A stretch of DNA of 60,412 nt, filler included, from Fonticula-like sp. SCN 57-25 (taxonomy: Eukaryota), in assembly GCA_001724245.1 (NCBI GenBank). It is 8 parts of 8 records of this genome, joined end to end, with 100 filler letters (N's around TTAATTAATTAA, not from the genome) between each part and the next. Parts side by side here need not be neighbours in the genome. Positions count along the whole stretch, not along the records: positions 1 to 7,422 come from MEDX01000366.1; positions 7,523 to 14,924 come from MEDX01000367.1; 6 more parts are not named here. The stretch is one strand, 5' to 3'. Of this stretch, positions 1 to 12,005 are shown piece after piece. Each line of letters starts with the position of its first letter. Position 1 is the first letter of the stretch. Below the pieces are notes generated by a model, which saw nothing but the letters and a program-made list of their open reading frames with translations, searched no databases and had not been told where the DNA came from. The translations under genes were made by a program, and so were the position numbers.

Positions 1-3000
1 GCGCTTGGTGGCGACGAAAAGTTCCGCCAGGCGTCGCGTGCGTTCCACTCCACCTTTCGGCTTCCGACCAAGGAGCGTCTGGTCAACTATTACGCGTGCG
101 CTCTGGGCCGCATCACGAATCAAGGGTGGATGTACATTTCCCCCCACTACATTTGTTTCTATGCGTATGTTCTCCAGGAAGTCAAGCTTGTCGTTGAGAT
201 CAAGGAGGTGATGGGCCTTGCCAAGGTGACCAAAGGCCTCATCCAGTGCATTCGCATCACGACGACCGACAAGGTCGAGCACACATTCATGAACTTTTTA
301 AAGCGCGACGACACGTTTGCCCTTCTTGAGCAGCTCGTCAACAATGCCATTTCAAGGTTACTTAGCAGCACGCCGACCGAGTCGATCCCCGGCGCGGCGC
401 GCTCGCCGTCGGGCGGCTCCCTGGACGCCGCCGCCGCCTCGCCGGCCGCCAAGGGCGGCAAGCCGCTGCTGCGCGAGGCGCTCTCGACGCAGATGGTTGA
501 CGAGCGCTTCTCGACGACGTTCCGGTTGCCGCCGTCGGAGAGCGTCAAGCTCCGCGGCCCGTGCGAGATTGTGCACAGCACCTTTCGGCGGTCGGCGCGG
601 TGCACCTTTTTCGTGTCGACCAACTTTTTCTGCGTCACGTCCGACGCCGAGCACACGCTACTTGTGTGGCCACTCCCCGCCATCAGGCACGTCACTACCG
701 TGCGGTACGCGCACGCGCTCGAGCGCGAGCAGGTTCTCCGCGTCGTGATCGAGGCCGACAACCTGTCGGCGCCGCTCTACATGCTTCCCGAGACGTACCC
801 CGTGAACGCCTTTTGCGACTCGCTGAACGCGCTTATCCGCACGTCGCGCGCGGCGGCTCTCACGCGGCGCACCGCACACGCCGAGGCCGAGCTGGAGCGC
901 CTCTCCCAGAGCGGCGGCGCGACCGACGCCGACGTCGCACCCGTGTCGGTGCGGCTCGGCCCGGCGGGCGACTTTCCCACGCCGGCGGGGCTGCTCGTGC
1001 AGGTGAACGACATTGAAAACGCGGACGACGAGGATGATGAGGAAGAGGAGCGCGGCGATGATGACTGGGAGACGGTGCAGGCGACTGCTTCGATGCAGGG
1101 GTCGCCGTCGGCGTCCACTACGTCGTCGACGCTGTCGGTACAGGCGACGGGCGAGCCGTCGGGCACCGGCGCGTACGAGCGCTCGGCGTCGCAGACGTCC
1201 ATTGCCATCGCGTCAAAGGCGCTCGGCGTCGAGAACCGCGACACGCTCGGCGCCAAGCACGGCTTCCTTCTCGGCGCCGACATTGTGTGGGAGAAGCGGA
1301 TGGAGCGCCGCTGGCTAAAGATCTTTTCGCATCTTGGCCGCGGCGAGACGCTCCTGCGCAGCGGCCTGTTCCGCCACGAGGTGCAGCGCGGGCTTCCGAA
1401 CCGCCTTCGCGGCGAGATGTGGGGCATCTGTTCGGGCGCGGCGTTTGAGCGCGACCTGAACCCTGGCTACTACCGCGGGCTGCTTGAAAAGCACAAGGGC
1501 GAGACGTCGGTGGCGACGGACGACATTGAAAAGGACCTTTACCGGTCGCTGCCCGAGCACCCTGCGTACCAGCAGTCTGAAGGGATTGACCGCCTGCGCC
1601 GTATCCTCACGGCGTACTCGTTCCGGAACCCCGCGCTCGGGTACTGCCAGGCGATGAACATGATGGGGTCGGTGCTGCTGCTGTTCCTCGAGGAGGAGCA
1701 CGCCTTTTGGGCGCTCACGTCCATCACGGAGCGCATGCTGCCGGGCTACTACTCGACCAACATGATTGGCGCCGTGGTGGACCAAAAGGTGTTTGAGGGC
1801 CTTGTCGCCTCGCAGATGCCGACGTTGTGGAAGTACTTTCAGGAGCACAACATTCAGCTGTCGCTCGCGTGCATGCCGTGGTTCCTCTCGCAGTACATCT
1901 CTGTGATGCCGCTGCTCTACTCGGTGCGCGTGCTGGACCTCTTTTTCATGGACGGCGTCAAGGTCCTGTTCCAGTTTGGCCTCGCCATTCTCAAGCGCAC
2001 TGGCGAAATCCTCACCAGCCTCGTCGACGACGGCGAAGTGCTCGAGTTCCTAAAAAATTACTTTAAGCGCCTCGGCGGCGTCGCGTCGCCCGAGGACACT
2101 TTTGGCATGGAAAACTTTAGGTCCGCCACCGGCGAAATCACAGAGTTTGACGTGCTTGTCTACACGGCCATGCGCGAGTTTGGCGGCATCACGGAGGAAG
2201 CCATCCTGCGCCAGCGGAGCACGAGCAAGCTCGAGGTCGCGCACTCGCTCGGCGAGTTTCAGAAGCGCACGCGCATCCGCAACCTGCAGGACATTTGCTC
2301 CTTTTCGGACGAGGCGCTCTCGGTCATTTACCGCCGCTTCCACGCCGTGCGCTTTTACACGGCGCAAAAGTCAAGCTCGGCGGCGGCGGCGGCCGTCTCG
2401 GCGCCCACGCCGTCCTCGCGCATCGACTTTGTCGGCTTTTACAACCTGCTGCGGCTGCTGACCACGTGGAGCAGCCTCGACGCCATCGACGGCAACGCCA
2501 CGTCGGCCGCGCAGCTCAGCGAGGCCATGGACGCTGCCATCGGGTCCGCTTTCCTCCGCAAGCTCTTTGTCGCCTTCGACACGGAAAAGCAAAACTCGTA
2601 CGCGCTTTTTTGCTGACGTTGCAAAGCGGCAGATTTTTGCTGACAAATGTGCACAGGCTGTCGCTTGAAAATGTTGTTGTCGGCCTCGACCGCGTCGTGA
2701 CGGGCGACATGCTCTCGCGTATGGACTTTTTCTTTGAGATTCACTGCTCGCCGACGTCGCCGGGTAGCCTCTCGCGCGAGGACGTGCAGGAGGCGTCCGA
2801 ATCACTGTTGTTCCTCACGCGGCACGAGGGCGAGGCCGCCGGCGGCTGCCAGAGCAAGTTCCACACGGCGGCGCTGCAGATGATGGACACAGAGTCGACT
2901 CTTGAACGCTCCTCATCGAAAAAGTGCGTTTTATTCCTGCCTTTTTTGCATGTGCTGACGCTCTCACTGCAGGACGAGCGATGCACCGCTGATTATGCTT

Positions 3001-3726
3001 GACGACGCCGCCGATGCGGCCGCTTCCGAGGCGTCGTCGTCCGAACCGGATGACCTTCCGCCGCTTCCGCGGACGCTGAACCGGGCCGGTTTCCGCGGCG
3101 CGCTCCTCAACGTGTCATACCTCGAGACGTTCTTCACGACCGTTTTCCCTGCCTCGTTCCTGCTGTCGACCGAGGCCGCTTCGCGCCACGACCAGCAGCT
3201 CAAGCACGCCATCGACCGCGACGCGTCCGAGGAAGACTTTGTGCACGCAGACAACATCGAGTACCTCTCGAGCGCCAATGGCGGCGGCAACGCTCCGCAG
3301 GGTCGCAAGATCGGGCGGTTCTTCCGTCAGGGCGGCGCCGGCGGTAATCGCAAGGCGGGGGTGCCAGGGCACATTTCGACGTCGGGGTCGGCGTCAGCGT
3401 CGTCTGGCGCATCGCCCGCGACGGCGCTCGCAATGGAGAGCTTTGATATTGTGTCGCTGGACTCGTTCGATAGTGCGCACGGCGAGATGCCGCTGGCGCT
3501 GCCGCCGCGCGAGGCGAGCGAAAAGATTGCGACGACGACGAGTGGGCTGCTCGCCGACGTGGACCGCGCCCTCGCAGAGGACACGGACGACCTGTTGATG
3601 CTCGACGAGGGCGTGGTGGATGTCAAGCTGGGGGCGGCCGAAAGGTTGGCGGCGGCTGATAAGGCTGCGGCGGCGGCGCAGGCGGCGGATGACGACGAGC
3701 TAGAGCGCTTTTTGCAGTCGCTATGA
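1..3726 (+). CDS. GRAM-GRAM-TBC Rab GTPase-activating protein with EF-hand-like region (TBC1D8/9, yeast Gyp2/Mdr1 family); 5'-truncated; introns 2598-2656 and 2924-2972
   Basis: Frame open from base 1 (FRLPTKERLVNYYACALGRITNQGWMYISPHYICFY, GRAM). TBC motifs IEKDLYRSLPEHPAYQ and GYCQAMN. Two GT..CTGAC..AG introns join the ORFs 130-2616, 2295-3002 and 2995-3726. Confidence 0.9.
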
Positions 3727-3984
3727 TTAAAGTGACAATGTTTGCTCCATGTAAATCATAATAAAATTGGCATAATCGGCTAAATCGCAGCAGTATGTAC
3801 ATTGTCATATGATTGTGGCGACTCGTATTTGGTTATATCATGATATGTCAAGGGAGTATTATATTCATGTTGGGCTAATTCCCAAGAGAGGGCATTGGAG
3901 GGTAATATTCTACAGATAACGTGAAAGCGCGCGCGGCACAATAGCGTCGATCCACCGAGCGGCCAAAAAACATAAGCGGTCCTC

Positions 3985-5070
3985 CTAGTCCTCCTTGTGG
4001 AATGCCGGGCGCGCCGCCTTGGCGTCCCCGGCCGGCGACGGCGGCAGCAGCTTGGCGAACGCCGACTGCGGCTCTCCAAACATGAGTCTCGCAAGCGGCG
4101 AAAAGGCGGCGAGCGGGTCGAACGACGGCGCAGCGACGGCCGCCGCAATGTTGGCGACGAACTGGAGCACGAGGACGAGCAGCTTGGCCGTCTGAACAGA
4201 CAGACCAGCGCGGACCACATGGTCCCAGGTGTGCGTGTGGTCGGCCGCGAGGGCATAGAGGAACGCGCAGACAATGGTGACCTTGGTCGTGCTACAGGCA
4301 TAATTAGACGTGCTTTTAATGAGGCCAACAATAGGAGGGGCGTACAATTTAAGGCTAAAAAAGGCACCGGGCTCGGTCGTCACGCGGCGGATCGATTTGT
4401 CCATGCGGATCGCGATGCTGCTGGCGTGCACTGAAGCAGTCGCGCGCGTTAGCAAGCTAATTTAGTCGACAAAAGGAGGCGGCGCACCGTTGGCGAGAGC
4501 GCAGATGATGGGCGCGATCCACGAGAGAGTAAAGTGAGCGTGGGCGTGGTCCACGGCGTAGATGACGCGGTTGGCGGCGCGCACGCCTTCCATCGACGCC
4601 ACGATGAGCTTTGCAGTACAATATCAGCAAATGTGCAATCAAAAAAACGCAGTAAACGAAACGTGGCGTACACGGACGAGGGAGAGGTCGGCAAAGCGGA
4701 AGCAAATGTCAAAGGGCGAGAAGAAGATCAGGTACCAGACGATCGACGCGGTGAGCACGGCGCGGTCGTCATTGAGCGCAGACACGGGCTGCGAAAAGAG
4801 AAGCGAAAGGGAGATGCTGCCGGCAAAGTTGATAGCAAGGAACGTGAGCAGGCCCGCGACGGGATGCGCCGAGTCTGCACAGTCATATGATTAGTTGCAT
4901 GGAGGCGGCGGCGCGAGCGGCATACGGTATCCGGCCGATCCCTGCGTCGTTTTCAGCTTGTGCGCCACATAGATAGCATGCGCCGTTCCAAGGGCATACA
5001 CCGACGGGTGGTCCACCAGCAGGCCCAGCCAGCCCGTCAGCGTCGACGGGACGTTGATCGCAAACGACAT
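3985..5070 (-). CDS. TMEM38: TRIC (TMEM38) trimeric intracellular cation channel, 5 exons
   Basis: Spliced product HPVAGLLTFLAINFAGSISLSLLFSQP..VLTASIVWYLIFFSPFD..LIVASMEGVRA..AVDHAHAHF..FTTKVTI..DPLAAF follows the TRIC pattern (HP..FGG..VWYLIFFCP.D..KEV.R..HHAH..F.TK..DPF). First intron 4875-4925. Confidence 0.82.
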
Positions 5071-5357
5071 GGCCAACTCTCCGCTCTGTCAGCCACAGGG
5101 CACTCGAGGGGCAGGACAAACGAATGACGGGTTCAATCGCAGTAAATTCTACACAAAAGGCGTAGAGTAAATTTGATAAAAACAAACAAGAAAGGCGAGC
5201 TGCGCCGCGCGGTGTGGTGCATTCGGGGACGCGCGCGTGCTTTCCCAATCTTCTTTGTGTGTTGGGCAAAAAAGGGAGGAGAGAGCGTGTCTTTCCGCGC
5301 CGCTTTCCGCCGTTTGTTCAGGCAGAGCAGAGCGCAGTGCTCCCTTAGGTCGCCGGC

Positions 5358-7422
5358 ATGTCGTCCGTCAAAGTAGTCGTTCGGCTGCGGCCGTTCAACT
5401 CGCGCGAGGTTTCGAACAACAGCAAGCGCGCCGTGATGATGAACGGCAACCAGACGATCATCGAGGGCGGGCCGCAGGTACGCATCGTCTATTTGTCTGC
5501 GCTTGCTCACGCTTTGCCGCGCCCGTAGAGCAAGTCGCACACTTTTGCTTTTGACCATTCGTTCGACTCGTTCGACGATGGCGATCCCAACTACGTGAAC
5601 CAGGAGAAGGTGTACCAGGATGTCGGTAGGGAGCTTATTGACCACGCATTCGACGGATACAACTGCTGCCTGTTTGCGTATGGTCAGACCGGATCCGGAA
5701 AGTCGTACTCGATGATGGGATACGGCGACAACAAAGGTCTCGTGCCGCGCATCTGCGAGGACATGTTCAAGTGCGCGATCGCCTCGCCCTTTGCGCCCTC
5801 TCCTTGCTAACGCGGCTCTTGCCAGGCGCATTTCGAGCAACACTGACCCGGACGTGACGTACACCGTCGAGGTGAGCTATCTCGAGATTTACTGCGAGCG
5901 CGTGCGCGATCTGCTCAACCCCAACAACAAGGGCAACCTGCGCGTGCGCGAGCACCCCCTGCTGGGCCCCTACGTCGAGGACCTTTCCAAGCTTCTTGTG
6001 ACGTCGTATGACGACATTCAGCGGCTGATGGACGAAGGCAACCAGACGCGTACCGTTGCGGCGACCAACATGAACGAGACGAGTAGTCGCTCGCACGCTG
6101 TTTTTAGCATGATCTTTACGCAGACGCGCTACGACGCGATGACCAAGATGTCGACGGACAAGGTGAGCAAGATGTCTCTTGTCGATCTTGCCGGTAGCGA
6201 GCGCTCTGACTCGACGGGCGCGACCGGCGCGCGTCTCAAGGAGGGCGCCAACATCAACAAGTCGCTGACGACGCTCGGCCTCGTCATCTCTGCGCTGGCA
6301 GACGCGTCCTCTGGCGAAAAGAAAAAGGGCAAGAAGGGCGGGGCGTCGGGCGACTTTGTGCCGTACCGCGACTCTGTCCTCACGTGGCTCCTCAAGGACA
6401 GCCTCGGTGGCAACTCCAAGACGACCATGCTCGCCGCGCTGTCGCCCGCCGACATCAACTATGACGAGACGCTGAGCACGCTGCGCTACGCCGACCGCGC
6501 AAAGCGCATCGTCAACAAGGCGGTCGTCAACGAGGACGCCAACGCCAAGGTGATCCGCGAGCTCAAGGAGGAGGCGAGCCGCCTTCGCGAGCAGCTCTTT
6601 GCGCACGGCATCACCGTCGGCCCCGACGGCGCCGTCACGGTGGGTGCCCTGGCCGGCGGAGCGCGCCCCGGCGCCGACAATGGCCTGGTGGAGCAGCTGG
6701 CGGCGAGCGAGAAGCTGATGGCCGAGCTGAATGAGGGCCGCGAGGACAAGCTGCGCCGCAAGCAGGAGATTGACCTGGAGCGCGAGCGGTTCTTTGAGGA
6801 GACGGGCGTGGCGGTCAAGGAGGGCGCCAAGGGAGCCATCGGCCTGCTGTCGCCGCAAAAGACGGCGCACTTGCTCAACATCAACGAGGACCCGATGATG
6901 AACGAGTGCCTCTTGTACTACATCAAGAACGGCGTCACGGTCGTGGGCCGCCCCGACGAAGACGCCGAGGTGGACGACAACGGGGTGCCGGTGGCGCAGG
7001 CGGGCGACGCGCACATTGACATTCAGCTGAGCGGGTCCAACGTCGCCGACCGCCACTGCCGCATTGAGAGCCGCGACGGCACCGTGACGCTCATCCCCGA
7101 GGAGGGCAACCCGATGACTTTTGTGAACGGCCACCGCGTCGAGGGGCCCGTTGTCCTGCAGCACCGCGACAGAGTCATCTTTGGCGACTCACACTTTTTC
7201 TCCTTCAAGGACCCCGAGAATGCGCGCCGCGTGCGCGCCAGCGACGACATTCCAATGTCGCCGTCCAAGGGCGCGCTTAACGACGTGCCGGACCTCGCCG
7301 TCGACTGGCAGTTTGCGCAGCGCGAGCTGCTCGCGCAGAACGAGAGCCTGCAGGCGCTGACCAAGCAGCGCGAGGAGGAGATGGAGAAGCGCCTGCGCGA
7401 CCTCGAGAACCAGCTGCAGGCT
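5358..7422 (+). CDS. KIF1: Kinesin-3 motor (KIF1/Unc-104 type) with FHA domain; 3'-truncated by contig end; introns 5478-5528 and 5771-5825
   Basis: [15 protein letters not shown]-loop [25 protein letters not shown]-loop KKKGKKG, FHA region [30 protein letters not shown]. Confidence 0.93.
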
Positions 7423-7522
7423 NNNNNNNNNNNNNNNNNNNNNNNNNNNNNNNNNNNNNNNNNNNNTTAATTAATTAANNNNNNNNNNNNNNNNNNNNNN
7501 NNNNNNNNNNNNNNNNNNNNNN
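7423..7522. other. Artificial contig linker N44-TTAATTAATTAA-N44 (also 14925-15024, 22423-22522, 29913-30012, 37396-37495, 44875-44974, 52960-53059)
   Basis: Identical 100-bp spacer with stops in all six frames, present seven times; genes are cut at these points. Confidence 0.99.
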
Positions 7523-8449
<927 letters not shown>

Positions 8450-8491
8450 AGGGATAATAATATATAAATTAATCAATGATATTCATTTGTA

Positions 8492-9562
8492 CTACGCTTC
8501 CAAGGGAAACCATTCGCTCACCGTCGCGGTGGTCTTCCACAGCCCGGGGATGTTGAACGCGATTGAGATGCGCGGCTCGTCGCCCGCCGTCTGGCTGACC
8601 TGGTGAATGAGCCAGCTGGGGAAGAGGATGAGGTCGCCCAGCGTGGGCTTGATCGTCATCTTGGTGTCGAACGGCGGCAAGGGGCCGCGCGGGTCGTCAA
8701 AGACAATGCTGCCGGCGCCCTGCGGCACCTTCACATAGTACACGCCGGACACGACAGAGTCGGGGTGGCAGTGCGCCAGGTGCGACACGCCCGCTTCGTG
8801 AACAGTCGCCCATGCCTGCACGAGGCGACTGCGCTTGCGGATCTCCGCCTGTTTGGAGAGGCAGGTGAGGATAACTGGCGCAAAATAGAACACAATATGA
8901 AACGCACGTCGGGGACGCCGGCGGCCTTGAGAAACTTGTCTGTCGCGGCTTGGAAAAACTCCTCGAGCAGTGCAAACTCCTTCACCGTCTCAAAGTTCTT
9001 CCACCCCCCCTTACGCTGCCAATCAAAAAAGGCCTGATTGGCGTCGGCCACCGAGATGCCATCCTTGTTCAGATGAGCGTTCGCCTTGACCAACGTATTG
9101 TACTCGTGAAGAATTGCAACGGCCAGCCGTGCATTGAACCGAGGGACGTCCATGCTGCCCACCAACGCAGCCACGTTCACGTACAGGATGGGCGTCTGCC
9201 ACATCATCTTCATCTCTGCCGTCACAGGGTACTTTTGAGCCTCGCTCATTTCTTGCCTAACAAATCGTTAGAGACATGTGTCAAATATACCGCAAGAGCC
9301 GTACTGAAGAGTCGTTTCCATAGAGCTCACCCATGACACCGAGTAGTTTGGCACATACTGGTACCGCTCAAGGATGCTCGGAATAAACGCGCCGACGACA
9401 GCCAGCGTCACAACGACCGTCGATGCAACCGTTCTACAGCGCATTAGCAAAAAGCACACATGTTCATAAAACGATGTACATTAAAGTGGTGCGAAGTGTA
9501 GGTGCCGCAGCGCGCGGCGGCGGCGGCGCCTTGGCGGCCCTGCTGCCTCCCGACCCTGACAT
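8492..9562 (-). CDS. Putative 2OG-Fe(II) oxygenase (TIGR02466-like) with N-terminal transmembrane segment, 4 exons
   Basis: AWATVH..HLAHCHPDSVVSGVYYV..FDDPR..GDLILFPSWLIHQV..RISIAFN. Spliced N-terminus from ATG 9562 includes hydrophobic TVASTVVVTLAVVGAFIPSIL. Confidence 0.82.
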
Positions 9563-9874
9563 GATCGGATGTCAACTGCAAACTAGTTTGCACACGGACA
9601 TTCCAAATAATGGGGCGGCCTGGCTCGCGGGCTGTGGCGATATTTCAACAGCATAGTAGCAAACCACTCTACTCTCTGCGCGTTTCCTTTGTATTATATT
9701 CCAATATTATGCATAAATGAGATTTATTGAAGAAGGAAAATTGCTTTTATTCACCATGATATACTTGCAGGATGTAAATTACTCATGTATCACACTGTTT
9801 TGCTGTTCAAATAATATGGGCACGGCCTCGTTCAAGCACGCGAGAAAAACAACTCAAAAAACACGACATATGCA

Positions 9875-11695
9875 TTACGACGGCACAGTGAGGATGCGCA
9901 TCGTGTTTGTGTGGCCGACGCCACTGCGCCATCCCTGGATGGCGATGACGATCATACCCGCGGAAATCAGCCTAAAAAACACATTTGTTAGACACAAAAT
10001 CCGAACCAGTACTAAGCATGCGCACCCGTGGCGCTTGGCCTCCTCCATGCCCCAGTTGATGCGCCCGTCGACGTCGTTCTGCCAGTCGTCCTCGACGTGT
10101 GGCGCATTGAAAATGAGCGGGAAGCAGCCGCGGTACAAGTGGCACTGCCGGGCGACGGCGTCGCTGCGCGTCACCGAGATGATCGGGCAGCGCGGGCGGT
10201 ACTTTGACACGAGCTAGATTGCGACATGGTCAGCACCCTGCACCATTACAAAAGGCAATTCGTACGCGAGCAGTTGAGCCAGACTGAGTGAGGACGATAA
10301 TGGCGCCGACGTCCTGCTCGAGCGCGGCGTTCACGGCCGAGCACGCTAGCGTCTCGCTGACGGACGAGGGCGTGGTCACGACGCGGAGCTCGCTAAAGAA
10401 GGACGTGCTAAAGGTGGCGGCCTCTGCCTCGATGCAGATCTTGTGCATCATGCGGACGGCCTCCTCGGGGTACGCGCCCTTGGCGGTCTCGCCCGAGAGC
10501 ATGACGCAGTCGACGCCGTCGAGCACCGCATTCGCAACGTCGCTCACCTCGGCACGCGTGGGGCGCGGGTTCGTCGTCATGCTGTGCAAAAGTCAGCAAT
10601 GCATGTTTCAATAACAAAAAAGAAGCGGACCTTTCGAGCATCTGCGTGGCGCAAATGACGGGCTTGCCGGCAATGTTGCAGCGCGCAATCATCATCTTTT
10701 GCGCCAAAAACACCTTTTCGGGGGCGATCTCAATGCCGAGATCGCCGCGCGCGACCATGATGCCGTCGCTGACTTCGAGAATGCGGTCAAAATTGCGCAC
10801 GCCTTCGTGGTTCTCAATCTTGCTGATGATCTTGATGTTGCTCCCGGCATCACCTAGGGCGCGGCGGATCTCGATGACATCAGCCGCCTTGCGGATAAAG
10901 GACGCAAAGATCATGTCGACGCCAATCTCAACGCCAAACTTGAGGCATTCAGCGTCGTAGTCTGACACGGCGGGAAGGTCGACCTTGGAGTTGGGGAGGT
11001 TGATGCCCTTCTTGCTGCTAATCTTGCCAGCGTTGAGGACGACACCGTCGAGGAAAACGAGTCCGGGGTCGATCGAGTCGACGCGCACCGAGATCAGGCC
11101 ATCGTCAATGTACACAAGGTGGCCGACCTTGACGACGCGGCACAGGTTGGCGTAGTCAACGTACACCAGCTCGGGCGTGCACTCGGCCTTGTACTTGGGA
11201 TCAGTCGTCAGTCGGATCTTGCTGTCCTTGACGAGGATAATCTAGGCGGCCATCAAGCGTTAACAACAGGCCACCCGCAGACAAGAACGAATAGTAAGGG
11301 GCACATACCTCCTCGTCGCCCTTCGTTTGCCCGGTGCGAATCTCGGGGCCCTTGGTGTCCAGGGCGATGGCGACGGTGCGCCCGCTGGGCATGACCTCGA
11401 GCGACTTGCGGGTGTTGTCGACGATCGACTTGTGGAACTCGAACGAGCCATGCGAAAAGTTGAGGCGCACAACGTTCATGCCCGCCGTGCGCAGCGCACA
11501 CAGCGACTCCACCGACTTGGTCTTGGGGCCAATCGTGCAGATGATGGTCGTCTTGCGGGCCTCGGACATTGCCGCATCGTCAATGCGGAGGCTCGCGAGG
11601 TGCCCGAGATTCGTAGTGGGGTCCTTATTGAAAAGGTTCTTCATGCTCTGGTTCGAAAGCATCATGGAGGTTTGGCGCGCAAGCATGGACGCCAT
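9875..11695 (-). CDS. PK: Pyruvate kinase, 5 exons
   Basis: [76 protein letters not shown]. Confidence 0.97.
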
Positions 11696-11790
11696 GATCC
11701 TAGGGCACCGCGCGCGATGCCGAGGGAAAAGGGGAAATGCCTACTAAAGGAATGGATAACTGCAGCGGTGGGAAATAACGGGGAATGGGT

Positions 11791-11813
11791 TGACGTCATC
11801 ACGATCTGATTGG
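11791..11813. promoter_or_regulatory. CRE palindrome TGACGTCA (11791-11798) plus CCAAT box (ATTGG 11809-11813) upstream of pyruvate kinase
   Basis: Exact consensus motifs about 100 bp upstream of the ATG; function inferred. Confidence 0.5.
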
Positions 11814-12005
11814 TCAGCACCTGAACCCGGTCTCTTCCGTCTCTGGCCTGCCGCGCATATTGCCTACGCCGCTTTCTGCTCCGCATCATTCAATGGCAAA
11901 GGACATTCGTCGACAATGAAAGAAGATATGCATATATTTGAGAAATATTAATAAAACAACATTGGTTTAAATCAAAACGGGCATGAAAAAGAATCAACAA
12001 GCTGC

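Noticed and set aside
130-2616. Pseudogenes or an alternative genetic code to explain fragmented ORFs
   Set aside because: Nearly all breaks resolve with canonical GT-AG introns, and TAA, TAG and TGA all serve as true stops.
5115-5150. tRNA or Pol III B-box near GGGTTCAATCG
   Set aside because: Imperfect B-box, with no cloverleaf or A-box.
7467-7478. TTAATTAATTAA repeated about every 7.5 kb as a periodic element or piggyBac target site
   Set aside because: Always centred in exactly 44+44 Ns; a synthetic six-frame-stop linker.
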